A stretch of DNA of 64,000 nt from Ramazzottius varieornatus (GCA_001949185.1 BDGG01000007.1:280201-344200); one strand, 5' to 3'; positions 13,796 through 40,722 are shown, counted from the stretch's first letter. The notes: generated from the sequence alone by a model not told the origin. Translations and numbers: made by a program.

Positions 13796-15324
13796 AGAAC
13801 TTTTTACAATATTTATTGTTTTTCCGCCTTCTTTTACGAAATTGAACAGTCCGGTTTCTGCTGTTTTTATCTACAAATTGTTTTCCATTCCTACTGGCTC
13901 TACAGCACGTCCCAGTTTCCACATTCAAACTACGATTTCGCGTGCAAACTTTGATCTTTCTTTTGTCACAAATGTTCCTTTTCTAACCAGTCGCTTTGCT
14001 CTCAGTCAGTTTTGTTCCCACTTTATTCGGGAAAATCCAGAAAAGAGTAAAGCACTTCTCACTTTCGAGTCGATCTTTTCTTGGTTTTTCGTCAGTCCGC
14101 TGAGTTTTGATGCAAGTTTCTGCGATTCTAGATCTGTAATCGCTAGCTAGCACCGCACTAGGCAGACGTCGTCAGACAAAAATATTGACGTTGAACTGTG
14201 CGAGTTCCTTGTAGAAAGCTCAACGTAGGTCGAAAACGTGGCATGGTTCAGTTCGAAGAAAAATGAGTTGGGCATTCTCATTCGGCATATTGGAACAGAA
14301 CACTTCGGAACCAACGTGCGCATGTTTTCAGTAAATTTGTTCGGAATCTGTGGCGGTGGTGGCTACACTTCCGTGGAATTCGATCAAAAGACGCTTCACT
14401 TTCTTGGTGTTCTTTGTAGTCCGCTGAAGACGTTTGGTTTCGAGTTGTTGAATTTAACGTTTTGTCAGTTTTGGGTGAACCACCGGAACCGTCGCAGGGA
14501 CATTCCTGATCACCTACCAGCAGGGTCGCAGCGGGCCCCAATGCCGGGAGCGTCGATCCATCCCGGGATGGATAGCTCCGAAGAGCTCAGTGACCCACGA
14601 CACCCGAGTAGAGCGACTCGGGAGGCTGAACTAGCGACCTCGGAAGAAACTAACTGCGCCGGGGTGTGAGAGGGGCAGCACCAACAAGGCAGCCGATTCT
14701 ACATACGTGATACCCGATTTGGCATCATACAACTTATCCATGCTGAGAGATGTTCAATACGAACCGCCTCTCTTGCGAATCCGTACTGCTGTTCTCGCAC
14801 TCTAGACCATAAAGTTCAACTTATGCGTTCGACTGTCTCAGATAGTTCATTTTCGGAGCTTCTCATGCTGGAAGCTTAACAGGTGGCGGAATATGACATC
14901 AGCATAGGACAAACTCATTGGGATAGGATACGCAGGCTTCACCGCAGTTGATACACTCTATGACATGTGATGTCATTGCGATCGATTTCCCATTGTGTGA
15001 CGTCATACTTCCTTTGCGACCGCACCTTCTTTTTCTGCATCAACAAACGCTGCTCTTGCTCCTCTTTCATCAACGAGACCTAATGATCCCCACTGCCCCT
15101 CTTGTCCTCTACTCTGCTCCGGGAATTGCAAGGATCCCTGCTAACGATGAATCAGTTTTCTCAAGCGCTTCCGGATCACTTGTGTCCAGAACGAATTAAC
15201 TAACTACCATGGCGCACCTTGATCCTTTAACTTGAACTGCTTATGCGAACACCGCGCTGATCATCTGCCATATGGTGCACTCTGCGTTTTCCTCCATGCG
15301 AGATCGCCACACAGTTTTTTAGCC

Positions 15325-28548
<13,224 letters not shown>

Positions 28549-28937
28549 CCAGTGAAGATCAAACAGAAACTAATGCTTTTGCTGTATTTTTTCACGCTTT
28601 GCTCAAAATGCACCAAAATGAATGGAAATCTTCACTGATGTATTTTAGTTAATGTCCTATTTGCGCAGCTGTTTCAACTGTTTTACGCTGCACAAGTTTG
28701 TCTTGTTTTACCCATTTTATCCCACCCCCTTTTGCACAAACTGTTTTGTAATGTTTTAAGTTTTTCATATTTTTACTTGGCTAGTCTTTGGGTCGGTTTT
28801 GTATTTGTAATGCTAGCTTTTTGCACAGTCTGGCTTGTACACTGTAGTGGCAATCACCTCGGTCTTACTTGCACTTTCTCACGATATAATTGTGAAAATG
28901 ATGAACGAGCTTCTGAAACGAACCGCAAATACTCAGG

Positions 28938-29123
28938 ACACCGACAACTGGTGTCACTCAGATCGGTATCTTGAGTGGTGCGTCCTTCCATTGTCGCTAG
29001 CTGGAAGCGTGCGCCACTTGGAAAACTCGACAAGGCGATTTGCGCACGTTTTCACTTTATCAGCTGAGAGCGTGCGCCACTCGAGAAGACAAGCTGGGTG
29101 AATTCATTTGCCGACATCCCATC
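28938..29123. repeat. GGCGCAC-N23 palindrome family, 2-unit array (between NF1 stop and TnT start)
   Basis: ..ctggaagcgtgcgccacttg..gcgcacg..cgtgcgccactcg..tttgccgacatccc. Confidence 0.8.
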
Positions 29124-29621
29124 TATCGGTTGGCACGTTTATGGAAGGTCTTTCGGTCTCGCGGAAGAAGCCTGTCGGTTCGTTCTTGATACCGTACATT
29201 GGTGCTGATCGGTGTGAAGGTGGCTTCCGTATTTGGCGTGCAGGATAAGGCGCCATGCTTGCCATGGTATGCAAACAAAAGCCCGGCTAATTATATCTTA
29301 TCAAGCTCTGCGATTTGACGTAATGCAAAATGCTGCCGGTCTGTCCGCGACACGAATGTGGAGATGTATTACCTGTACATACAGACAGACTACGTAGATT
29401 CTATTTTTGAGCCCCGAAAAAAAACCAGACCGAAGCAGCGGAGACTGATGAACGATCGGAAGAAGGCAGGTGAGATTGTCAGGCATCGCTGGGAACCTTG
29501 CTGGCAGATCGGGAACGACTCTGAACATTCTCATTCCGAACTTATCGCTTCTCTTATCGCTGATATCCAAGACTCACTCGCGGAATTCTTTGTCTATATT
29601 TCGTGGATCGAAACAACAATC

Positions 29622-31437
29622 ATGTCGGACGACGGAGGATGGATGAACGAGTACGGTAGAGTGTGACTGTCCGAAGAAAAAAATGGGCAAAATGCCCTGA
29701 CTATAGTGACAATCCATGATCCATGTGCTTTATTGCAGAGAGGAGGAAGAAGTGGATGAAGTGCAAAACGAAAACCAAGAGTGAGTGAAAATCTTCCGAG
29801 GCGAATATCGACAGTTGGCAAGTGTGGTTCATTTTTGCAGGTCCGTCAAACCGGAAAAGGTTAAGAGGTATGTCTCTTTTTCCAGCAATTTACTGGTGAG
29901 ATGGTAATGGTACGAGGTCTTGGCAAATTTTGATTTTTTACAGGAAGGCACCGGTTCAAGGAGAGAAGCCAGTGGAAGAAAAGTCCGAGGCTATACTCTT
30001 GATAGAACAGAAGAAGAAGCAAGCTGAGGAGGAAGAGCTGGAAAAGATCCGGCAAGTGGAGGAGACTTTGCGCGAACAGCGTGAAAAGGAAGATGCAGAA
30101 CTCAAGATTTTGAAGGAAAAACAGGTTCGTTCACATTCCACCGTAAGTATTCCAGTGTTGGCTAACCGGTCATCCTGATACACAGGCGCAAAGGAAAAAG
30201 GAGCGCGAAATGGAAGATGCAAAGTTCGAAGAGCAAAAGCGTCTGCTGGAAGAGAAGCGCAAGCAGGAAGAGGTCAGTCTTTAAGCTGCATCCAGTTGTC
30301 GGTGATTAAACGAACTGACCGTCCGTCTGTATCTGCGGTCTGTTTTGCTCAGGAAGCTCGTAAGCAAAAGGCGGAGGAGGACAAACGCCGCAAGCAGGAA
30401 GCTGATGAGCGTCGCAAGGCGGCTCAGGTTGTGGCACAAACTGGCGGACGCAACTTTGTCATTGAAAGAAAGGCGGACAGTGGTGAGACCACCATCGACA
30501 AGGTAACCGCCGTATCGCGTTATGTAACCGTCACAGCCAAATGCTGACACGTGTGCTTTTTGATTGCAGTTCTTGAACATCTCGAAAGCCAAAGCAGAGA
30601 TGTCGCTGAACACGGGCGAACTGGAGTCCCTCAAACGCCGAACTATCGACGAGCGTGTCAAACCTCTGGCTTTGGAAAGCTTGGATTACGAGGGACTGAA
30701 GGTCAAGGCGGAAGAGCTGTGGAAGACGATCGTGCTGCTGGAAACTTCGCGCTACGATCTGACTGAGCGCGCCACCCGACAGGAGTACGACGTAAGTTGA
30801 AGTCAGCAAACGGAACGTTCTACGTACGTCATCTTAGATGGCGCACACTTGCGGTCAGTAATAACGGAGACGTGCGCCACTCACGATGACCACACTGTAC
30901 GTTTCGTTTGCCGGCACCTCCTGGTTGTTGGGGTGTGGACTAGATTCATTCTTCGATGGGGTGCACTGAAATTTTCTATCTTGTGCTTTTTCTTTGGGAC
31001 TATAGTTGAAGCAGCTAAATGAACGGCAACGTCAGACCAATGCCAAAAAGTCAGCGGCCGGTGACGCAGCTTCCGAGAGTGGTCGCTACCCTCCCAAGGT
31101 TCTGCTCTTCAGCAAGTACGAGCGTCGTACCGACAGACGAACCTTCCAGGAGCGCAAAGCCATCTTCGATGAAGAAAACCGCAAAGCCGAGGAAGAAGTT
31201 AAAGGCCCCAAGCCCAAAGTCAACCTGGTTGGATGGACAACCAAGCCACTAGGGGAGCAAGAGGAAGGTCAAGAAGAAGAAGAAGAACAGGGCAACCAAC
31301 AGGAGAACAAACAAGAGAACCAGGAGAACGACGAGCCCGTCGGTAACAATGACAATGACTACAGTCAACAAAACGGCCATCAAGAAGAAAGTGCAGTCGC
31401 AGCTGGTGGCGAAGAGGAGGAGGAAAGCGTCTGGTAA
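29622..31437 (+). CDS. TnT: Troponin T (invertebrate type, N-terminal micro-exons, Glu-rich C-terminal tail)
   Basis: LKILKEKQ, GRNFVIERK, KAEELWKTIVLLETSRYDL, QEYDLKQLNERQRQ, YPPKVLLFSKYERRTDRRTF. Confidence 0.92.
30801..30922. repeat. GGCGCAC-N23 palindrome family, 1 unit (TnT intron)
   Basis: atggcgcaca-N23-cgtgcgccact..gtttgccggc. Confidence 0.78.
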
Positions 31438-31881
31438 AGAGATGGTAAATTTCAGAGTACTTTATTCTTCAAATATTTTGCGGATATCCATCCACTACCC
31501 CTGCTCACCATTGCAAAACAGAGACTGGGTCCCTCTGCCGGGGATTAGACTAAATATCAAACACAATATTGACATAAACGAAACGCTCTCTATATCGCTG
31601 TTGAACAGACGCCTGAACACGTGTCGTTTCAGATTTTATCGACGTCGTAAAAACGTGCATCCTACCTACGGATCCCTCTGAATTTTCTCTATTGCAGTAT
31701 TTATTCGCCCTGTCTCGACCATATATAATTATCCGCGCAGATCGCCTGGCTCGTAAGCCTGCAACTTGGTTCTCATACGGGCAACGCCCTAAATCGTGTG
31801 CAAACAAAGGGTGCCAGTGAGCGAATTTAGCCATAAGTTCCCGCTTTACTCACAAAGACTCGTACTCAAAGCTTTCTGAGA

Positions 31882-34800
31882 TCATATTATCAGAGTCGAC
31901 ACTGCCACTTGGTTAGAATCCCCTCCGGCAGCAACCTCTGGCGAGTTCTTTTCCTCATCCTCGGTCCGATCGAACGTCATCTGCTTTAGGTTATAGGCAA
32001 GCTGCAAACCACGATATCGATGTAAGTCTACCATCAGAACACGCCTGATCCCAGCTAGACCCCCAAGTTAAAACTTACCGCAATTTCGAGTAGAAGCAAC
32101 ACAATGTACACGCAGGCAACCGACGCGTGCAGCCTGTCCAAGAAATATCAGAAAATCAGTACCAAGCTGCAATGCGGATAAGTTCATGCGACATCTGCGT
32201 TTTCGGAAATCCCAGTTACTTGTAACGGAAGTCATCCATGTCGTAGATCCAGCAGGCGCCGTGAGTCCCACGTGCTGACTTTTGCCAGAGGATACAAGCT
32301 GTGTCGATCAACTTGCCGGCTAAGATAGGCGCTGGTAAGGTCCCCAAAGTTGATGTAACGACCGTCGATACGGCATTGGCCATACTCTTCATGTCAACGT
32401 CGACAATTCTACGAAGTGGATACATCTTCCGATTGCCAAGTAACATTCCACTCAGTTGCTGCTGGCACAACATACCTGAACTGCAGCATTAACATTCCCG
32501 CAAGTGGAATTCCCATACAGAATTTTGCAACGCTCATTAATGCCACGTAGCCAACAAAGGACTTCCAGCAGTCCTGCTTGCACATTCCAGACGTAATGTG
32601 AGGAGCGTCCTGGGCGTCATGGCGGAAGGCTGGGCCTGCATTGCGCGGTTCATTCGCGGAACCAATGGCAATTTCCCTCAGGGCTTGCCCTGCACATGTG
32701 CAGTTGGTATAAATTTTGCTCTATAACGATGAACGGGACTTTCGAACGGTAAGTTAGAAACAGTGGTTTCAGTCTGGTCAAACTCACCCCATTAAACCTG
32801 GCTGAAGATTGGCAACCAGCATAGCAAGGAGAAAGAAAAGTGGTGTGGGCTGCGCTGTTACAAACCGGTGCGAACTGTCCCTCGTCACACTGGCAGTGAT
32901 GTTCCTGGTAGCAAGTTTCCACTGCAGGAGTGCTGTAAAAAATTACCTGAAGGCATTTTCAACGGACGTTACAGCATGAAGTTGCCCCAGCGTGATGTAC
33001 CGGTCGCGACTGTCCAAGCCAACGATTGTGCTCTTAGGACATCCCAAAGCCAGTACGCTGAAGTAACAAATGATGCTGACCAAGGAAGAAACCGCCATCA
33101 TGGTCACCACCTGTCTTGGCCGTAACTTGTAACGTCGGAGGACGTATCCACCCGATATGATGCCAATGAAGGCCGCAAACATGGGCGGTATACCTGCAGG
33201 GCAATTGGTGGTTTTGTGCAGATGACCGCGACCAAGCAAAACAAGTTTGGCCGTACTGTACCTCCGGCTGTGCTGGAAACGGCCTGCGGAAGCTGATACT
33301 GCTGCTTCAGAAATATTTGCATGAAAGACATGGCTCCTACAGCAAGGAAGTATCAGAGGCGCCTTAATAAGTTATACGGAAAGTGGCGGCTCTTACCGGA
33401 CATGACGGCGATGATCATCAGTTGGTTGAGAAGGTTTAAAACGTAAAGCTTGTTGGTCAACAGACTCTTCAGTTTCCGCGGAATTTCTACCGAATAATAC
33501 TAGTATGCCTCAATATATGATCGGACAAGGGGCTTTGAACGTCTTTCTTTATTATTACCTTTCACGGCGTGGCGGTGCGGTTGGGCGTTCTGTCCGCTCT
33601 TCTCTATCTTGCTCTTTCCATCAGCACCGTTTGTATTCTGCACTTTGACAGTCTTTTGTTGCAGTCTGGACGGAAAACACTACGAAACATGAGCCAACTC
33701 GTACAACGTTGAGAAGGACACACATTCAACACAAGGACAGTGAGCTCAACGAACTTTGGCTACACGCACGATGGGTTAATTCTGGGATAATGAAAATTAT
33801 GGAACAGGCGGAAAAAACGGCAGAATAGACAACCAACCGTAGAAAAGTGTTGAAAAGTACACTAGTGTGAAGCGGTCGTGTACGTACGTGCTTCCGTACC
33901 GCCGTTGCGTAAACGCTTATCCCATGATTTTGACTGTCCCATAATTACCCATCGTGCGTGTACTTACTGACAAAACCAAAGAAAAGAAGAGCAAGCCAAA
34001 TCCGCCGATGATGAAAGCCATGTACCATGCCGAGATCCAGCGTGGGTCGCTCGACTTAAAGTCCGGCACTGCAGATATTCCCATTTTTCACCGTATCACA
34101 TTGGTTTAAACGAACACCAAAACTGTTGTGACTACCAAGACGCACATACCGCTGAAATCGAAGAAGATGGTGTTGAAGTACCCCGCCATCGATATCCCTA
34201 CCAGAGGTCCCAGAAGAACGCCGGCGAATGAGATTGCTGTAAGACCAACTCCGTTACTACGCTTGGATTTAGAGAAACTCGCAAATGGTTCCATATTAAT
34301 GGTGGATGCGTACTTTACCGAAATAGATTGGCGAATTTTTGGTTTGCACGTTGTCGTCGATAAAAGGCTAGAGCAAAACACTTTGTTTATTGTCCACTTA
34401 TTCTGCATTGCAGTACTATCCTGCTTACCAGACCCAGGATTCGAGTAGTGGTCGACCCCAGACCGATGATGAACTCGGCTATGCCGAACACGACCATCGG
34501 CCCGACGTGGTCGGTAGTCGGTCTGTTGCTATCGATCTCTTCTGTGTCAGGCGCGTTATTGCGGTTGGCATCACAGAACTGCTCCGTGACGTTTGCTTTT
34601 GCTAGTGTCGTTGTCGTGAGGATTTCAAAGGAGGAGGCAGGAAAGAGGAATTCGGGTGAGGCCATCAGCAGGAGACCCAGTCCCACAATCAAGGTCCCAA
34701 AAGCCATCCAGCGAGGTCGATGGCTCGAGCCACCGTAATGGGCGACGAACAACGCCACCAGCAAGTGACTGAAAGAACGACCATTAACTGCACTGATTTC

Positions 34801-35330
34801 TTCATCATTGGACAGATTCGACTGTGGGTGCACCAACCTGATGTCGCTCATGGCTTTGATGATTCCAACGGACTGGGACGAAAAACCGAAGCGCTGTTGT
34901 ATAGATGGTAGCATGGACGAGAAGTTCGATGCATACATTCCTGTAAAGGGGGCAGAGTGATATGAAGTTGAGTATTTCGTCGTTTTGATTTTCGAAAATG
35001 TCATTGGTAGTTTTTTCGATATTTACCGCGAAATATATCGATGCACACCAAGCATAGCATGAAAGCCTGAAATGGAAGCACAAAGAAAATTAGCCTTAAC
35101 CTGTTTGTTGCTGGTAATTTACAGCTCTTCGTGTTACGAAAGTTTCAGACTTTTCAAACACATGTTTGTTTTCACATTATAGACCTTGGCTTTCTCGAAA
35201 AGTGACCGAAATAATATTAGGGGAAGGCTGCGCACACTATCTTTTACCACCATGGTCTCCTGACACCACCCTGCACCACCGTAGTCTCCTGATACCACAT
35301 TTCAATTCCCAATCACCACCACCGTTTTCT
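31882..35330 (-). CDS. Organic anion transporting polypeptide (OATP/SLCO family); 5' end uncertain
   Basis: SIQQRFGFSS, FVAHYGGSSHRPRWMAFG, DPRWISAWY, Kazal-like C-C..FAPVC..TFLSPCYAGC, PAPILAGKLIDTACILW..GACWIYD. Confidence 0.88.
33763..33960. mobile_element. MITE in SLCO intron (TA-flanked)
   Basis: TIRs cacgcacgatgggt(t)aatt.tggga.. / ..tcccataattacccatcgtgcgtg, TA at 33761-62 and 33961-62. Confidence 0.8.
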
Positions 35331-35721
35331 GTGTGCTCCGCTTTTCAATTAGGGAGCACCACCATGGACTCCAAGCACCACATTCACCAGGCTGCAATGT
35401 GTCACCAGTTTTCAGCGGCGAGAAGTCGCACGACTACAAAATCGTTGTGGTAAGTAGGGGGTAAGCGTGTTTATCGATAGCGGGATCTTTCGAACCGTGA
35501 TTCTTGTACGTCCACCGCACCTGCCAAACCTCCGCCAAGTCTCTGGTCGTGCTAACTTTGCTTTTCGATTTCTTTCTCTTCCTCTACGGGACGGCAGTTC
35601 ACCTGAGAAATACGCTGTTTCCGATTTGAGCCGTTGATAAGGGCGAAGGCGTGTACAGTACGTTGGATAGTGTCGAATGTCTGGAGAACCAATCTTTGTT
35701 TTTTCCACCTACAAGCGCCTT

Positions 35722-35774
35722 CGGTCCACAAAAGGGGTTCCGGTCCACAAAAGGGGTTCCGGTCCACAAAAGGT
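35722..35774. repeat. 19-bp tandem repeat (CGGTCCACAAAAGGGGTTC) about x2.8
   Basis: Seen directly. Confidence 0.9.
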
Positions 35775-36681
35775 TTAGCGGAAGCCAGCCTCAGCTAAAG
35801 AACTTTCGCGGCTCCAGCCTACAAAGCACTGCATGCGCATGCACGAATTACTACTTTCGCGGTACACGATCACGATTTGTTGTGATGACGAAGCAGCGCA
35901 ACTGCCCTGTCATCATACCCATCCCCAGTAGGACTTAGTGGTAATGGGTTTTCTTGGAGAAACGACCACCATGACTCCTTATCAGCAAACATTAAAATCT
36001 ATTGCATAAACACGGATGCAACGTCCATGTCTGTTGGAAATGCCGCTGGAGTCGCACGTTCAGTGTTAACAGCAGAGGAATTTCCCATCTCGGAGCAACG
36101 GGCATTCCCAACTTAAAATCCATGCTCAGAGTTGAAACGAAACGAACTGGAATTTTGAGCTATTGTACCGCACATACCTTGATGTCGTTGAATTTCTGAA
36201 GCCACCCAGGATGCCAGCCGAACAAGCCGCAGAGGTGGAGATTGTTATCTCCCGATGGTCGAAACAGATGCTTCAGGAACCCTATAACACTCCTGCGTTT
36301 CTCTGAGGTTGCGTCCATCCTAGCGTCGAAATAGGATACCGGAATGTACGTCCAAAGAGACTGATGCGTTGGTTTAAGCCCACATTTGCTACAGTATTTC
36401 ACCTGCAGCGGTGGAGACGAAAGCGGTTTATAACAAACTGTGATACTGTCGTATCACCTTTTTTGTCGCATCACATTTTTGATCAAAAAGTTTCTATATC
36501 ACGGTCTTCAATGCGCAGGGCCGACTTGTGCTGCACAAAGGTAACACTGCAACTGCTGACTTTTGCGATGTAGTGTTCCATTTATGAAAAGAGCTACCGA
36601 AGCTTAATCAAAGACCAACTGCGTATACAAGATGTCTCCTCCATTTTGTGGCAAGAAAGTGACGACGTAAAGGAAAGCCTA

Positions 36682-36999
36682 CGAGGGAAAGGTTGTAAAG
36701 TTAGCCACCCTATACCGGGTTTGTAAAGTTAGCCGTCTAAGTTCGCCTGTTCTCTACTACTCAATCCCAAACTTTTAAGGATAAATCGAAAGATAAAATA
36801 ATGAGCTGTCGAATGGTAATAGGCACAGTCAACACGAGAAGTCAGAGAATCCAAGAGATCCGCAATTAAAAGAACGTTGAAACCTCATGTTAAACAGCCA
36901 AGACTGACAATCAAATAGTCAATCAAGCAATAGGCGCCACAGCCGTGGCTAACTTTACAAACCCAGGATGGGGTGGCTAAGTTTACAACCTTTACCTCG
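36682..36999. mobile_element. Tc1/mariner-type MITE
   Basis: ~55-bp TIRs starting CGAGG, each with two TTGTAAAGTTAGCC direct repeats; TA at 36680-81 and 37000-01. Confidence 0.85.
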
Positions 37000-37677
37000 T
37001 ACTAGCCGGCAGTTGCGCGAAAAGTTCTGCTGCAGATGGCGCAGCCGGCTTTGCTGTTTGCCTTAGCAGGTTTCCCGCTAGACGCTCCTGTCCGGATGTT
37101 GTCTCTGTTAGCTTTCCTGCAGTCTGCCCATTGTCTGTTGCAAGTTGTAACTGTCTCAACAGACATATTCATGCCTTACGGTCCACCTGATTTAAAGAGG
37201 ACGACCCTGATCGGACGGGGTGATCAAGTGTTTCTTAGTACGAGAAAACTGTCCTAACGTTAACTATGCTAGCGCCTACAACTTTTCTTGTCTACGTCAC
37301 ATGCTTAAAATGCCTGCAAATTGCTCGTGACGTATGCTAGCAAAGTTGCACCCGCTAACGTAGGAAAGTTAGGACCTTTTTCTCGTAAAATGAAGCTCGA
37401 CAAACACGCGTGAAGGTAGACAGGTACAATATCCGGCTACTGGCTGGCAAGCAAACACACACGCATCCAATAGATAGGATCCATATCGTACACAGGTGAC
37501 TTCGGCTGAAGCTCGTATCGAATATCTTTGCAGGAACAACGATGCGACGAAGATCCCAGATGCTAGCTTCGGGAGTGGTCTTCGCAGTGTGCGCCCCTCT
37601 GAATAAACCGTCCCCAGGATGAAAATCCGGTCCACGATGGTTCGAACTCCCGCCAAAGCTAACCTTTCTCGGGAAAG

Positions 37678-39100
37678 ATGGACACGACAACGGCGAGAAC
37701 GGTTTATCCCGATGATATTATCATACCATCACCTTTCGTTAAATACGAATGTCGGAGTAGACTGAGTTTCTCTCCTAATATGCCTGACGACCCGCATCAT
37801 CTCTGCTTCGAACCGAAACGTTTTCGGAAGCGGCAAATCTGGCTCTTGCTCGCGGCCATCGCTGCGAGTACCCTGGCGGTTATCATGTGCATGGTCTATA
37901 TCGCCTACAGCCACGACGAACTCGCCTCGCTGGAGTTCTTCCTACTGGTAGCGCTTCCCAATTAATCGCCTGAATTTAGCCGTCCAAGTTTCGGTGACAT
38001 TCCTGTGTATTTTTCTTCGGCATAAACGAATCTTCAGAGTCATCTGATAAACATCCCGATTGTTCCGCGAGATTTGCGAGCACGTGTGTCCGAAAGAAAC
38101 CGAGACGCTTCAGAAAGCCAGCAGACTATTGGGTCCGGCTGGACACTTTTGTGTCTGTCTATTCTGATATGCTCATTGGTCTTTGGTGGCATGTGGGAAA
38201 ATTTAAACAAATCTTCGAGAAACAAATCTTCGGGAAAAATTTTCGAGGAGATTTCGAAGTGTGGATACTTCAGCTTGCTGGCTTTGAGTTACAACCGTGC
38301 ATTTGGAATCAGCTGCTACCTCACTGCCCAGTTGAGCTGCGCACTACTGATCCTTGTGTGGGCTAAAGCTTTCAGCCAGATCGTTCAAATGGTCAAACCT
38401 TTGGGATTCAGCAAGAAGGACGCGGAATGACAGTTGGCGCTGTTGCGGAAAGCCAGCTTGTAAGCTCGGAAACTGGGGAACTTGACAGACGAGCTGAACG
38501 ATGCATTGGGGGTTTTTGATGTTGCTAAACTGTGTGCGAGACTTGATGGCTTCTGTGGCCTTGGTGGCGCTTTTCTTGCAGAAGAATGGACCCAAAGGCC
38601 GAATGAAACTCTGGAAGCATTGATTAGGCGAATTGGACCTCACGAGGATGCCAACCAAGCCAGCAGGGTGCACGCTTGTACCGTCATCACGGTGCTGAGC
38701 GGTATCGCTAGGGTTGCGGGATGTTTGCGCTCTCATGCAGGGTGAGTAGAAAACTTTCAGTCCAGCTAAGCTAGAACACCGAAAAGAGCCCATGTTGAAT
38801 TCAAGTGGCTACATCTTCGCCGAGTTCTCCAAAAGATCGACGCAGAAACGCCGTTCGCTGAAGTGCAGCAATGAGTGCTCGCTGGGACGCATTGCAGACT
38901 GCTCGTACGAAAATAATTTCGTTCGCAAGCCATGCAGCCTGAAGTTCAAAGCGCGAATCCGATTGGTCGTGACCAGAAGCGTCTTCTTTTTCTAATCTTC
39001 TGTCTGGTTCGAGCCAGTTCAGGTCCCGAACAAAATCATATTCGTACGAGCTGTACCGTAGCCATCTCTGCCGCTGGGTTCTTCTACCTCTCGAAGGAAT
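37678..39100 (+). pseudogene. Divergent multi-pass membrane protein, possibly gustatory-receptor-like, disrupted
   Basis: Successive hydrophobic ORF fragments (37678-37965, 38074-38430, 38482-38745) broken by stops/frameshifts without clear splice sites. Confidence 0.35.
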
Positions 39101-39546
39101 ACGTGACCAGTGTAGGAGCTTAGAGAACTGGTCCGTCAAATGCTGTTATCATATATTGAACTCGAACGGAACCTTGTGAGCAAGTGTTTGCTGCTTGTTA
39201 CAGCTGCTTGGCATAACGATCTCTTACCCAAGTTACCTCACTGTCGTTTGCCAAACGAGATGGAAAGATCGGCAGCTCCGACTACGCTCGACTACCCCAT
39301 CTGGAAAACGCCACGCAGACGATCTCGCGGGCAATTTCCGAGTGGAGCTGTCCGTAAAAAACGAAGGCCTGTCCAATCTCTCTTCAAAACAATAGCGAAA
39401 TCCATCAAAACGAAAATCTGATACCCGAGCTAGGCTGGTCAACGGTGCTGGTTTGGTTAGACCGGGCATTTATGGCTAAGCTAAGGGAAGCCATGCGTTT
39501 CTCTACGATATTACGGCGACCTCGCGGATTGAAAGCTGTTAAAAAT

Positions 39547-39618
39547 GGGGACAGCCGGGGATTGAACCCGGGACCTCCTGGTCCCAAACCAGAAATCATA
39601 CCACTAGACTACTATCCC
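39547..39618 (-). tRNA. tRNA-Pro (anticodon TGG)
   Basis: 72-nt cloverleaf GGGATAG TA GTCT AGTGGTA TGAT T TCTGG TTTGGGA CCAGG AGGTC CCGGG TTCAATC CCCGG CTGTCCC C, followed by a TTTTT Pol III terminator. Confidence 0.93.
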
Positions 39619-39770
39619 ACCCCAATTACTTTCCGTGACCAATGGTCAAGACTTGCTTTTCCAGAATATCGAGCGATTTACAAAAGACTTGCAAAAAGGA
39701 TTCTGCTGTACAACAATCAGCACTGATTCTCCGCAAGTCAACAGCAGCTTGTCCACAGTGTGCAAAGAGG

Positions 39771-40722
39771 TCAATCAATCATAAGCTTATGTTGGAAACG
39801 CTGGTAGGCATTCAAGCCAAAGGCATCACGTATGATTCGATCGGAATGAACAGTTCTGAAGATTTCACGGATAGTCATTCCCAGGTCCAGGGCGACTTTG
39901 CCGCATTCTTCAGTGACCAAGTTCGCTGCCGTAATGCCTTGCAGAAGAGTGACATCCTTAACCAGGCTAATCAAGAGTCCCAAATAGAAGTCTTGCTCTG
40001 GAGCATCATCGGCGGCGTGGTCTGCTCCAACCTGTCCAGCGACATAGAGCGCTTGTCCCCTTCGCTTCACCTGACACTGAAGTTCCGCTGGAAGAAAGGA
40101 TACGTTCTAGCTGAAACGAGAATGTGGCAGGTTCGAGTAAAAAATATTTATTGTACCTTCTCCGTTTAGTGGTTGACCGTAGCCTGGTCCAGGAATGGCG
40201 ACAGTGCGGTACTTGATCGATTCACCGTTGACTGCAAGAAGTGCTTTGGCGACAAGCAGGCAGTGTTCGGAAGAGCTGATCTCGCGTAGGCCGTACGCCG
40301 CACCGACAAAATGGCTCGCAGCTTCGGCGAATGCCTTCATGTGTTCCAAAGATTTGCTTCCCCGATAGTTATGGTGGTACATGGCTGTCAAGGCGAACCC
40401 GACACTGTTTCGTCCGTCAGCTTGCACCACCGCCTTGTAGTACTCTGAAACATAGCCAACAGATTGCGCAAGTGATGGACTTTCGTGATTGCAGAATGTT
40501 TATGACAGTCATGAGATTCAAAGTCAAACCTGTTCCAGTGAGACCAGCAGCGGTGTCAATTATGGGGCATGCGTCAATAAGTGTGTAGTTTCTTCCGACA
40601 GGATCTGATCCGTACACAGGACGCTCGTAGTCGGCATCATGGACAACAGGGTCCAAGTTCAACGATGCGAGAACTGTACTACACGTGGTCACGATTGTGA
40701 ACAATAGAAGGACGGACTTCAT
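39771..40722 (-). CDS. Putative secreted protein of unknown function (about 3 exons)
   Basis: Signal peptide MKSVLLLFTIVTTCSTVLA; successive minus-strand ORFs 40417-40722, 40107-40430, 39771-40070 with plausible tttcag acceptors. Confidence 0.5.
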
